Counted from the first letter of the stretch, positions 48,909-60,232 are shown. The stretch is 64,000 bases of DNA from Alphaproteobacteria bacterium (GCA_965228895.1 OZ245842.1:1472001-1536000); one strand, 5' to 3'. Numbers and translations: made by a program. The notes: generated by a model from the letters alone, not told the origin.

Positions 48909-49067
48909 GGTCGAAACCCCACAGGATTGGTTCGCGCGCGAGCATACGCATCTTGGCGCCAAGAGCAAGACTGACCCTGCGTTGCCAGGACGGAACCCCG
49001 CCGCCTATGATGCGCCCAATTGCCGTCAATTCTGACATTGAATCGCGTTCGCCAAGGAGAAGTCGTC

Positions 49068-49940
49068 GTGAAGGTTGCGTTCCTCGGATTGGGGGTCATG
49101 GGCTACCCCATGGCCGGCCACCTGGCCGCCAAAGGCCATGAGGTCACTGTCTATAACCGCAATGCTGACAAGGCGAAGGCCTGGGTCGACCAGCATGGCG
49201 GCGCCAGCGCCGCGAGTCCGGCCGAGGCGGCCAAGGGGCAGGAAATCGTTTTTGCCTGTGTTGGCGACGATCCCAGCGTGCGCGACGTCATCACTGGCAG
49301 CGATGGCGCCATCCACGGTATGGAGAAGGGCGCGGTCTTCGTCGATCATACGACCGCGTCGGCCGATGTCGCGCGTGAGGTGGCGGCGGCGCTTGCCGAC
49401 AAGGGCATGGGTTTTGTCGACGCGCCGGTATCCGGCGGTCAGGCGGGCGCGGAAAACGGCCAGCTCACCATCATGTGCGGCGGCGATAAGGCGCACTATG
49501 AACATGCGCGCCCGGTGATGGAGGGCTACGCCAAGGCGGTCAACCTGATGGGCCCGGTCGGGGCCGGGCAGCTGTGCAAGATGGCCAACCAGATCTGCAT
49601 CGCCGGCCTGGTCCAGGGTCTGGCCGAAGGCCTCAACTTTGCCCAGCGTGCCGGCCTTGACGGCAAGCAGGTGATCGACGTCATCTCCAAGGGCGCCGCC
49701 GGAAGCTGGCAGATGGAAAACCGGGGGAACACCATGCTGGAGGACCAGTACGAGTTCGGTTTTGCCGTCGACTGGATGCGTAAGGATTTGCGTATTGCGC
49801 TTGCCGAGGCGCGCAATAACAACGGCGCCCTGCTGCCGGTGACCGCGTTGGTCGATCAGTTCTATGCCGAGATCCAGCGGCTCGGCGGCAACCGGTGGGA
49901 CACCTCCAGCCTGATGCACCGGCTGAAACGCGCGCCCTGA
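49068..49940 (+). CDS. Beta-hydroxyacid dehydrogenase (3-hydroxyisobutyrate dehydrogenase family)
   Basis: GLGVMGYPMA, DAPVSGG, GQLCKMANQ, DWMRKDL; RBS AAGGAG. Confidence 0.92.
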   Translation: MKVAFLGLGVMGYPMAGHLAAKGHEVTVYNRNADKAKAWVDQHGGASAASPAEAAKGQEIVFACVGDDPSVRDVITGSDGAIHGMEKGAVFVDHTTASADVAREVAAALADKGMGFVDAPVSGGQAGAENGQLTIMCGGDKAHYEHARPVMEGYAKAVNLMGPVGAGQLCKMANQICIAGLVQGLAEGLNFAQRAGLDGKQVIDVISKGAAGSWQMENRGNTMLEDQYEFGFAVDWMRKDLRIALAEARNNNGALLPVTALVDQFYAEIQRLGGNRWDTSSLMHRLKRAP

Positions 49941-49977
49941 TCCGATCCATGCCGCGAAGCGAGGCGGCGCCTATTCG

Positions 49978-50775
49978 ATGCAACAGCTTCCGGTCGTCGC
50001 CCGATTGTTTCCACTTGTGCTGCGAGGCGAGAAGACGTCGACCATCCGCTGGCGCGAGGCACCGATCGTGCCGGGGCCGATGATGTATGTCTGTGAAGGC
50101 GATCCGACGCGCACCGCCGTCGTCGTGGTGACGCGCTGCACGTCGATGCCGCTGAGCGATGTCGCGGTCTTTCTCGATCAGGTCGACGCGTGGCCTGATG
50201 ACGTCTTGTTGGCGGGCATGCGCGAGCACTATCCCGGTATCGCGCTCAGCGACACGGTCGACGTGATCGAGCATGAACCAATGAACGATCGGGCGCTGAT
50301 CATCGCGACACTGGCTCTCGATACGGGCGGGCGCGTCGGCATCTGTCGGTTGCCGGGGCTTTTTGGCGACCTTGCATCCGACCTCGCGCAGATCAAGCAA
50401 TGGCGGCCGTCGGTCGTGCTCTCCATGACCGAGCAGGCCGAAATGGACCGCTGTGGCAGCGGCAATCTCTGTTCGCTCCTGAAGCGTGACGGCATTGACT
50501 GGGCGCATCTGCCGATCCGCGATTTCGGAGGACTAGACGGTGAGGGCGCGGCGCGGTGGCCAGATCTAGCCGCGCGATTGCATGCCAAGCTGGGCCGTGG
50601 CGACGGCGTGCTCCTGCACTGTCGTGGCGGCAAGGGCCGGTCGGGCATGATTGCGTTGCGCTTGCTGGTTGAACGTGGTGACCAGCCCGACGTTGCGCTC
50701 CAGCGGCTGCGTCGTGAACGACCGGGCGCTGTCGAGACCAAAGAGCAATTGGCGTGGGCCTCGATGGCAGGGTAA
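49978..50775 (+). CDS. ASCH domain fused to a CX5R protein-tyrosine/dual-specificity phosphatase
   Basis: N-terminal GEKTSTIR (ASCH GxKxxTxR); C-terminal HLPIRDF, HCRGGKGRSG, RPGAVET..Q. Confidence 0.78.
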   Translation: MQQLPVVARLFPLVLRGEKTSTIRWREAPIVPGPMMYVCEGDPTRTAVVVVTRCTSMPLSDVAVFLDQVDAWPDDVLLAGMREHYPGIALSDTVDVIEHEPMNDRALIIATLALDTGGRVGICRLPGLFGDLASDLAQIKQWRPSVVLSMTEQAEMDRCGSGNLCSLLKRDGIDWAHLPIRDFGGLDGEGAARWPDLAARLHAKLGRGDGVLLHCRGGKGRSGMIALRLLVERGDQPDVALQRLRRERPGAVETKEQLAWASMAG

Positions 50776-50801
50776 CTGCCGGCGTGAGCAGTTGCTGACG
50801 G

Positions 50802-52199
50802 CTACTGCGGGATGACGGTGCAGGTAACCTTGCGGTCCATGACGGCGGTGCAGAAGTTGGCGGCGGCAAAGGCGGAGTCGAAATAGCCGATCTGCACGCG
50901 ATAGATCAGGCCGGCGCCAGCAGAGCCTTCCTCGATGACGGGAATATGTTCGCCGACCACGCCGCCCAGCTCTGACTTCAGTTCACGCCACCCATCCTGC
51001 GCCTGTTCTTCGCTTCCGTAGTCGGCAAGTTCGACACGAATGCCGGTGTGTGAGAACGCGGACATGACCGGCAGTTGTTCGACCGGCACGACGACTTCAG
51101 CGACCTCCGCAACCTCAACCGGTTCGTCACTCACCGTCTCATCGGGCAGGACGGTATCGATGTCGGCGATGTTCTCGGCGGGCAAGGGGGGCATGGCGAC
51201 GTCATCGGTCGCCGTTTCGGTGATGGTATCGCCGATGTCGGCGACTTCGTCACTGGGGAGGCCATCATCGGATGACGGCGGTGCATCCGGCAGCGGCGCG
51301 ATGTCGTCGGCGGCATCCGGGGTGTCCGTCGGTGCAACCTCAACGCTTTCTGACTCCTGCGTGACCTCGACGGTCTCGTTCTCGTCGGCGCCCAGCGTAG
51401 CGACCTCAGTATCCAAATCTTCATTACTCAAAAGTTCGTCTGCGGCCAGACTGTCGACAGCCGCCACGATGTCGGCGCTGTCGCTGCTATCGACGATGTC
51501 CTCGGGTTCTGTCTGGACGCTTGCCTCGGGTGTTTCGTTCACCAGGGACTCATCCGGTTGGCTTTCCGGGTCGACCACATCGATTTCCGGAATTTGGCTG
51601 TCGATGGCCTCGACACCGGCTATGTCGGATTCAGCGGTTGCGGTATCCCCAACGTCGGCATCGCCGGTCCCTGTGTTGTCGCTGGAGACTGTGCTTGTGT
51701 CGGTCTCTGTCGCGCCTGACACCACTGATCCTGCGGCTGCCTCAGCCGTTGAATCCTGTGAGGGCGCGGTGGCGTTCGTGGCAAGGACTTCCTGATCCGC
51801 TTGGCTGACCACACCGCTCGACGACGAATCCGACGCTCCCGCCACATCTGTCGATGTATCGGCCGTCTGCTCGTCGATCCAGGTTCCGACGTCGTCGGCG
51901 GCCGATCCAACCGCCGTTACGGAATCGGCCCAGGGGTCGCCACCGCCTTCTCGATAGAGGTAGGCGCCACCTGCTATGGCGGCCACGATAACAATGCCGC
52001 CAAGGCCGGCGCCGAGGCGTTTGAGCCGGCGACGCAAGCGCCAATTGATCGGACGCCCCGCGACGTCGCCCTTCAAGGCGGCGCGTTGCTCGACGGCCGC
52101 AACAAAGTCGTCGCTTGGCGAGTCGTCGACAGCACGAAGCGCGCCGAACTCCGGCGGCGTCCGCATGGGGGCGTCGTTACTGTCTGCCTGCTCAACCAT
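50802..52199 (-). CDS. Single-pass membrane protein with long acidic linker and C-terminal SPOR domain
   Basis: Basic stretch + TM; about 290 aa D/E/S/T/A-rich; VEL..Y.SE..A...W...YRVQIG.F...A..FC......C. Confidence 0.8.
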   Translation of the reverse strand: MVEQADSNDAPMRTPPEFGALRAVDDSPSDDFVAAVEQRAALKGDVAGRPINWRLRRRLKRLGAGLGGIVIVAAIAGGAYLYREGGGDPWADSVTAVGSAADDVGTWIDEQTADTSTDVAGASDSSSSGVVSQADQEVLATNATAPSQDSTAEAAAGSVVSGATETDTSTVSSDNTGTGDADVGDTATAESDIAGVEAIDSQIPEIDVVDPESQPDESLVNETPEASVQTEPEDIVDSSDSADIVAAVDSLAADELLSNEDLDTEVATLGADENETVEVTQESESVEVAPTDTPDAADDIAPLPDAPPSSDDGLPSDEVADIGDTITETATDDVAMPPLPAENIADIDTVLPDETVSDEPVEVAEVAEVVVPVEQLPVMSAFSHTGIRVELADYGSEEQAQDGWRELKSELGGVVGEHIPVIEEGSAGAGLIYRVQIGYFDSAFAAANFCTAVMDRKVTCTVIPQ

Positions 52200-52476
52200 C
52201 TAACACATCATCACCATTTGGCGCTCGGTCGACTCGCACGTCAGTGGCGAGTGGAGGTGCCTCTTCGCCCTCATACGTGGCGCTTGCGGAATCGACTCGG
52301 CGCAACACGCCACAGGCTTCATATGGCCCGACTCGCCGACATTTCCATGTACCCAATTAGGCTATCGAAATGTGGGGTTTGTGTGTCTGACTGCCGGCTC
52401 ATGTCAGACGTGCCCTGGGGTTTGCATGTCGACCGGCTCGACCGAAGACAATGGCCAGACAACACGCGAAAACAGG

Positions 52477-53283
52477 TTAGCCGGTGGCAATTAAGATATC
52501 GTAAAGCGCCGTCCAGCTTGTTGCATCGGGAGCGATCAAGATGCCGTCGGTGAACGGCGGTCCGTCCGGGCGATAGGCCGTGCCGTCAATGTGGCGGGCA
52601 TGGCCACCGGCCTCGGCATGCAGCAGCATGCCGGCCGCGTGATCCCACGGCGCCAGCTTGCGATAGAGACCGTAGTCGAGCCGTCCTGAGGCAAGCGCCA
52701 GATATTCCAGCGCGGCGCAGCGCAAATCGACGAAGGGCGGCACCTGCTGACAGCGTTCGACGATCCGCAACGGCAGAGCGCGGTTGCCGAACCGCAGCTT
52801 CACCGTTCCGAACATGCGGGCCGGCTCCTTCGGCGCGGCCACGTGGATCGCTTTGCCGTTACAGGTCGCGCCATCGCCGCGCGATGCCAGCGCCATGTCG
52901 CCGTGGACGGGATCGTGCAGGCACGCCACCAGGGTCTCGCCATGACGGGCCAGCGCCACGATCACGCCGAACAGGGGTATTCCGGCGGCGAAATTGGTTG
53001 TGCCGTCGACGGGATCGATGATCCACACCGGCTCATCGGTGGACAGGCGATCCAGAACCGCCGGGTCGGTAGAGGCGGCTTCCTCGCCGACAATCAGGGC
53101 ACCGGGAAGCAGCTCGCCCAACCGTCGGGCGAGCTTTGCCTCGGCGGCTTCGTCGGCGACGGTCACCATGTCGCCAGGCGCCTTGTCGCGGATATCGCCG
53201 GCCGCCAACTGCCGGAAGCGGGGCATGATCTCACTGGCCGCGGTCTCGGCGACGATGGCGGCAAGCTTGTCGGGATCAACCAT
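52477..53283 (-). CDS. Inositol monophosphatase family protein
   Basis: VTVAD, GEE, WIIDPVDGTTNF, WDHAAG. Confidence 0.92.
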   Translation of the reverse strand: MVDPDKLAAIVAETAASEIMPRFRQLAAGDIRDKAPGDMVTVADEAAEAKLARRLGELLPGALIVGEEAASTDPAVLDRLSTDEPVWIIDPVDGTTNFAAGIPLFGVIVALARHGETLVACLHDPVHGDMALASRGDGATCNGKAIHVAAPKEPARMFGTVKLRFGNRALPLRIVERCQQVPPFVDLRCAALEYLALASGRLDYGLYRKLAPWDHAAGMLLHAEAGGHARHIDGTAYRPDGPPFTDGILIAPDATSWTALYDILIATG

Positions 53284-53395
53284 GCTGACCTCATTGGTTT
53301 GGCATTGATGTGGCGGCCTGTCGATCGGCCTACTGGATCATTGGAACGGGCCGGGCCAAGATGCGGCCGCCTGTTAACCACAACGTCTCCTGTCC

Positions 53396-53698
53396 ATGCC
53401 CGTCATTGACCCCAGCCGCAAGGATCTTGTCGCCGAATTCATGGCGCAGCCCGTTGGTCCCCATAGTGGCGACCTCAGGCGCATGCTGAATGCGATGCGG
53501 ACCGATCCGACCTTGCCGCCTTACATCCTTGTTTGTGTCGAACCGTTCCGGAAGTGGCGATTGGCGCAGAAGGTCGGCGCCAGGGGAACGCCGGTCGAGC
53601 TGGTCGGCGACATCGCGTTTGACGATCCTTTGGAGGCCGAGCGCGCCGTGTTCCGTCTGCGCTGGAAAGCGCTGACCGGCGAGGAGCTGTCGCCGTGA
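53396..53698 (+). CDS. N,N-dimethylformamidase small (alpha) subunit-like protein
   Basis: EF...PVGPHS.DL...L..MR...F...AE..VF..RW; GTGA overlap with the large subunit. Confidence 0.75.
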   Translation: MPVIDPSRKDLVAEFMAQPVGPHSGDLRRMLNAMRTDPTLPPYILVCVEPFRKWRLAQKVGARGTPVELVGDIAFDDPLEAERAVFRLRWKALTGEELSP

Positions 53699-55950
53699 GT
53701 GAGCTGCCGGAGAAGAAGATCATCGGCTATGGCGACCGCCTTGCCGTGGCCCCAGGCGAAACCATCGCCTTCAAGATCAGCGCCGAGGACACCGACAGTT
53801 TCCGCGCCGACATCGTGCGGCTGATGTCCGGCGATCTGCATCCCGACGGGCGCGGCCTGATCGAGCACGTGGTGGCGACGCCGGCCTCAGGCGACTACGC
53901 GGCGCGGGTCCAGCCGATCCACGCGGGGTCCTATGCGGTTATTGACGGGGACACGGACCTGTTGGCATCGGCCAGCTTCACCTTGTGTGGCTGGATCTGG
54001 CCGACTCTGCCGGGCGATGGCGAACAGGTGATCATGGGATCCTGGGATGCCGCCAAAGAGCGTGGCGCCGCGCTTTTTCTGGACAGCGATGGCGCGGTCG
54101 CCATGAAGCTGGGAGGGGCTGGAGGCAAGACGGTCTCGACCGGTGTGCCGCTTCTGGCGCGCGAATGGGCCTGGGTCGGCGCGAGCTTTGACGGCGACAG
54201 CGGCAGCGTTCGCGTCTGGCAGCGGCCGGCGAAGGAGTATCCGGGTATGGCGCGCAGGGCCGATAGGGAGGGTGAGGCCGCAAACCCACCCGATACGAAC
54301 GCAGTGTCCTTCCGCATCGCCGCCGCTGGTGATGGGGCGCGCGGGCCGCAAGCCGCGGCGTATCATTACAACGGCAAGATCGACGCGCCGCGCGTGGCGT
54401 CCAGCGTGCTTGATGAGGCCGAGGCGCTGCGTTTTCAGAACAATCCCCGCCACTGCGACACCGCCGTTGCGGCGTGGGATTTTGCGTTGGCCACAAACGG
54501 CGACCGAATCATCGATACCGGTCCCAACGGTTGCGACGGACGGCTGATCAACCTGCCGGCCCGCGCCATGAAAGGACACAACTGGACGGGCGCGGTACTC
54601 GACTGGACCAAGGCACCGGACGAGTACGGCGCCATCCATTTCCACGACGACGACATCTATGACTGCGGCTGGCAGGACGATGTCGCCCTGCAGGTCCCCG
54701 ATGATCTCGCCAGCGGTATCTATGCGGCGCGGATCGTGGCGGGCGATCAGCATGACCGCATCCCGTTTGTCGTGTTGCCGCCGCGCGGCAAGGCGACGGC
54801 GGATGCGTTGTTCCTGATGCCCAGCGCCAGCTACATGGCTTACGCCAACGAGCATTCTGCTGTGCAAGGCGGCGGTTACCTGCAGGCGTTCTCGAACGGC
54901 TTGAACGGTCTCTCGGCCCAGGACCTGCTGCTCGATCAGCGGCCTGATCTCGGCTATTCGCTCTATGACGTGCACAGCGACGGCAGCGGCGTCTGTTACA
55001 GCTCGCGGCTCAGACCCGTCCTCAACTTCCGGCCCGGTGTCACCAACGCCTGGGTCGGCCCGGCCGGCACCTATCCCTGGGAGTTCAATGCGGACCTGCC
55101 CTTGATCGATTGGCTCGATCATGAGGGTTTCGCATGCGACGTCGCGACCGACGAGGAACTGAATAACGAAGGTCTCGATCTCCTGAACCGTTACCGCGTC
55201 GTCCTGACCGGCAGCCATCCCGAATATTACTCGCTTGCCATGCATGACGCGTTGTCGGCCTGGCTCAATCAGGGCGGCCGGATGATGTATTTGGGCGGTA
55301 ACGGATTCTATTGGCGTGTCGCCTATCACCCGGACATGCCCGGCGTCATCGAACTGCGGCGCGGCGAAGACGGTATCCGCGACTGGGTCGCGGAGGGCGG
55401 TGAGTACTATCACGGCTTTGACGGCACCTATGGTGGCATGTGGGAGCGCCAGGGGCGGCCGATCCATGCGCTGGCTGGCGTCGGCATGGCGGGGCAGGGC
55501 TTTGACGTCTCGTCCTATTACCGGCGCACCGAGGCGAGCAAGGACCCGCGAGCCGCCTTCGTTTTCGACGGCGTCCCCGACGAGATCATCGGCGATTTCG
55601 GTACCGTCGGCGGCGGCGCGGCCGGCATCGAGGTCGACCGTTATGACCGCAGCAAAGGCTCACCGCCCCATGCCTTGGTCCTGGCATCGTCTGAAGGTCA
55701 TTCGGACACCTATTATCCAGGGCCCGAGGAGATCGATAACGCATCGCCGCTGATCGACGGTTCGCAGAATGCCAAGCTGCGTGCCGACATGGTGTTTTTC
55801 GAAACGCCTGGCGGTGGTGCTGTCTTCTCGACCGGATCCATCGCCTGGATTGGAAGCCTCACCTCCAACGGCTTTGACAACAACGTGGCGCGGGTAACCG
55901 GCAATGTGTTGCGCCGATTCTTGAAACCCGAGAGGTTTCCGGCGCCCTAA
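53695..55950 (+). CDS. N,N-dimethylformamidase large (beta) subunit-like protein
   Basis: YGAIHFHDDD, SYMAYAN, SLYDVHSDG, GSHPEY, YLGGNGFYW, GAAGIEVD. Confidence 0.88.
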   Translation: MSELPEKKIIGYGDRLAVAPGETIAFKISAEDTDSFRADIVRLMSGDLHPDGRGLIEHVVATPASGDYAARVQPIHAGSYAVIDGDTDLLASASFTLCGWIWPTLPGDGEQVIMGSWDAAKERGAALFLDSDGAVAMKLGGAGGKTVSTGVPLLAREWAWVGASFDGDSGSVRVWQRPAKEYPGMARRADREGEAANPPDTNAVSFRIAAAGDGARGPQAAAYHYNGKIDAPRVASSVLDEAEALRFQNNPRHCDTAVAAWDFALATNGDRIIDTGPNGCDGRLINLPARAMKGHNWTGAVLDWTKAPDEYGAIHFHDDDIYDCGWQDDVALQVPDDLASGIYAARIVAGDQHDRIPFVVLPPRGKATADALFLMPSASYMAYANEHSAVQGGGYLQAFSNGLNGLSAQDLLLDQRPDLGYSLYDVHSDGSGVCYSSRLRPVLNFRPGVTNAWVGPAGTYPWEFNADLPLIDWLDHEGFACDVATDEELNNEGLDLLNRYRVVLTGSHPEYYSLAMHDALSAWLNQGGRMMYLGGNGFYWRVAYHPDMPGVIELRRGEDGIRDWVAEGGEYYHGFDGTYGGMWERQGRPIHALAGVGMAGQGFDVSSYYRRTEASKDPRAAFVFDGVPDEIIGDFGTVGGGAAGIEVDRYDRSKGSPPHALVLASSEGHSDTYYPGPEEIDNASPLIDGSQNAKLRADMVFFETPGGGAVFSTGSIAWIGSLTSNGFDNNVARVTGNVLRRFLKPERFPAP

Positions 55951-55965
55951 CAATGAGGAGTTTGC

Positions 55966-57018
55966 GTGAAAACGTCGGTTGAAGCGCCGGCGCTGATGGC
56001 GCTGGCTTCAAACTCTCCGGTTTTCTCGGCCGATGAGGCACGCCAGGCCGCCGCAGCGCTTTACGGCATCGATGCCGAAGCGGAGCCGAAGTCGAGCGAG
56101 CGCGACCGCAACTTCAGGGTCAATGCCGCGCCTCAGGCGGACATCGTCTTGAAGGTTTGCAACGTCAACGAGGATCCCGCCGTCATCGACTTTCAGATTG
56201 CCGCGCTGCGTCATATCGAAGAGACGGACCGGAGGTTGCCAGTACCGCGCGTCGTTCTGACGCGCGCCGGCGAGACCCGTACGCGCATCGACAGCAAGGC
56301 TGGTGAAAGCCTGATCGTCTTTGCGCTTACCTATTGCCCCGGCGTTCCGATCAAGGAAACCGTGTTGTCGCCGGCCATCATGGGTTCGATCGGCGCAACG
56401 CTTGCCAAGCTGGGTCTCGCGCTTGAGTCATTTGATCATCCCGCTCCCGAACAAGCGCTGGTGTGGGATGTCCGGCGCGCCGAGGCCATGCGCGAGCATG
56501 TGCCGTTGATCGGTGATCAAGAGGCCGAGAGACTGGTCTGCGAGACCCTCGATACATTCACGGCGGAAACACTGCCGAGATTTGCCGGCTTCCGGCATCA
56601 GGTGATCCACAACGACGCCAATCGCGGCAACATCCTGGTTCTGCCCGATGGCGCTGTCAGCGGAGTTATCGACTTCGGCGACATGGTCTACGCGCCGCTG
56701 GTCCAGGACGTCTCGACGGCAGCCATGGAACTGGCCGGGGCGACGGACGATCCGGTTGGCTTCATAGAGCCGTTCCTCGAGAGCTACGTAGCCGGCAACC
56801 GTCTGTCGAAAGACGAGGTCGATTGTATCTATGACTGCGTGATGGCGCGTCTTGCCGTGTGCGTTCTCGTCTATGCATGGCGGGCGGCGAACAAGGCGGA
56901 GTCACGCTTTGATGCACCTGCCGAAGTGAAACGTTTCTTTGCCGAAATGAAACAGATCGATGCCGTCGGCCGCAATGCGGCGACCGGACGGTTTCACACC
57001 GCCTGCGGGACCACCTGA
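55966..57018 (+). CDS. APH-family phosphotransferase (hydroxylysine/type II homoserine kinase-like)
   Basis: SERDRNF, VLK, Brenner motif HNDANRGN, IDFGD. Confidence 0.85.
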   Translation: MKTSVEAPALMALASNSPVFSADEARQAAAALYGIDAEAEPKSSERDRNFRVNAAPQADIVLKVCNVNEDPAVIDFQIAALRHIEETDRRLPVPRVVLTRAGETRTRIDSKAGESLIVFALTYCPGVPIKETVLSPAIMGSIGATLAKLGLALESFDHPAPEQALVWDVRRAEAMREHVPLIGDQEAERLVCETLDTFTAETLPRFAGFRHQVIHNDANRGNILVLPDGAVSGVIDFGDMVYAPLVQDVSTAAMELAGATDDPVGFIEPFLESYVAGNRLSKDEVDCIYDCVMARLAVCVLVYAWRAANKAESRFDAPAEVKRFFAEMKQIDAVGRNAATGRFHTACGTT

Positions 57019-57022
57019 CGGC

Positions 57023-57058
57023 AAAAGAGAAAGGGGCCGCGGCAAAAGCCGCGACCCC
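57023..57058 (-). terminator. groEL intrinsic terminator
   Basis: Minus strand GGGGTCGCGGC-TTTT-GCCGCGGCCCC followed by TTTCTCTTTT. Confidence 0.82.
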
Positions 57059-57086
57059 AATCTTTGGCAACGAAGGTTGGCCAGGC

Positions 57087-58745
<1,659 letters not shown>

Positions 58746-58795
58746 TTACTCCTTAGAATTGATTGGATTGTCGGAATCGCGAGAGGGAAAGACGC

Positions 58796-59110
58796 TTAAG
58801 CGGCTTTCTTGCGCGACGCCTTCACTTCGATGATGCCCATGATGTCGCTCTCCTTCATGATCAGGAGATCTTCACCATCCAGCTTGACTTCGGTGCCCGA
58901 CCACTTGCCGAAAAGCACACGGTCGCCGGCCTTGACGTCGAGCGGCTGAACCTTGCCGTTCTCGTCGCGCGCGCCGGAACCAACGGAGACGATCTCGCCT
59001 TCCATCGGCTTTTCTTTGGCGGTGTCGGGGATGATGATGCCGCCAGCGGTCTTTTCTTCGCTGTCGAGGCGGCGTACGAGCACGCGATCGTGCAGAGGCC
59101 TGAAGCCCAT
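58796..59110 (-). CDS. groES: Co-chaperonin GroES
   Basis: [32 protein letters not shown]. Confidence 0.99.
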   Translation of the reverse strand: MGFRPLHDRVLVRRLDSEEKTAGGIIIPDTAKEKPMEGEIVSVGSGARDENGKVQPLDVKAGDRVLFGKWSGTEVKLDGEDLLIMKESDIMGIIEVKASRKKAA

Positions 59111-59159
59111 AGAGCAACTCCCTAGGTTGTCACGTCAGAATTAGGTTTCCGCGAAGCTG

Positions 59160-59186
59160 CTAGCACTCCCGCTCCGCGAGTGCCAG
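59160..59186 (-). promoter_or_regulatory. CIRCE (HrcA operator)
   Basis: CTAGCACTC-N9-GAGTGCCAG on the plus strand, 50 nt upstream of groES. Confidence 0.92.
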
Positions 59187-59188
59187 AC

Positions 59189-59217
59189 AGATGGGCCTAT
59201 GGCCCTCTGGAGTCAAG
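59189..59217 (-). promoter_or_regulatory. Sigma32 (RpoH)-type promoter of groESL
   Basis: Minus strand CTTGAC-N16-CCCATCT immediately upstream of the CIRCE. Confidence 0.7.
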
Positions 59218-59515
59218 GAATTGTGAGTCCATTTTCTTCAAAAAGTGCGCCGTTTGATGCGTTTCACCTCGAAGATGGACGAGAAACCGGGTTGTGTTCA
59301 GCCAGCTGGTTCGTCCGGATTATCACTATAGTTGTAAAGCGAGTCGCCTGATATTTGCTGCCCTAGAGTATTCGTTAGGTTACATGCGCTGGCAGCATGG
59401 TTATCGGAGTGCTAGCATAGGAAAATTAGTGGAGCAGTTGCTGAAAGGTGTTGATCCTTATCGTCTGAGTGCGCACGATTGCAGGGTGTTGTCTGTATGA
59501 GCGTATGAGAAACCA

Positions 59516-59779
59516 ATGAAAGCATTCGAACGACAACTCAACGACTATCGCCTGACCACGGTCGACGTGACCTATTTCATGCCCGACCATCCCGGCCTGC
59601 TGCAGACCTTTATCTGGCAGTGCCTGGACCTGCCGCCCAAGTTTCCGGTTGTCCGGCGGTTTCTCGACTTCTGGGAGCTCAGGCTGGATGGTCGCCTGCA
59701 TTCGGTGCGAATCGACCAGGCCGGCCCCATGATCGATGGCGAATGGCGCCATCTGGGGACCGAAAACCTCCTGCACTAG
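59516..59779 (+). CDS. usg: Usg family protein
   Basis: YRLTT....Y.MPDHP.LLQTFIWQ..DL.P.FP....FL.FW...LDG.LHSV. Confidence 0.88.
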   Translation: MKAFERQLNDYRLTTVDVTYFMPDHPGLLQTFIWQCLDLPPKFPVVRRFLDFWELRLDGRLHSVRIDQAGPMIDGEWRHLGTENLLH

Positions 59780-59884
59780 CCGGCGCCAATGACGGGCTTG
59801 TGCAGGGGTGTCAGAGCCAATCGTCGCGGCTGGCAAAATTTGATCGCCCGGCCTTAGAAACGCCTCAATTAAACACCATTTGGA

Positions 59885-60090
59885 AAGGTGAGGGACGAAC
59901 CGGGTGGTTCCCCGTGGCTGCCTCGTGCGGCCATTCTCCCGGTATCGACTCCCCTTACGATCCGGGCGGCGCTCGCACCGCCCGGGCGCCGGATCCGCGC
60001 TAAACGGACCGGCATTAGGATCGCGCGACGGCGGACCTCCTCCTAGCGCCCCCTTTGGAATGGCCGTTGTCGTGCGATCCGCCTTTCTTT
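59885..60090 (+). ncRNA. Candidate four-hairpin structured RNA ending in a terminator-like stem
   Basis: Consecutive stems; the last (GGATCGCGCGACGGCGG...CCGTTGTCGTGCGATCC) encloses CCTCCTCC and is followed by CTTTCTTT. Confidence 0.45.
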
Positions 60091-60232
60091 AGTCCTCACT
60101 AGTCTTTTGATTCAAGTGCTTAGGCTTGAATTTTCAAGTGATACATCGTACGGTCATCGCAGAATTTCCGAGGTTGCGTGCCGGTCTGACCGCCATGGAT
60201 GCGGAAGATTGGGACCGTGGGGGGAAGGGCTT

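Noticed and set aside
53887-55467. 526-aa minus-strand ORF
   Set aside because: Antisense shadow of the DMFase large subunit
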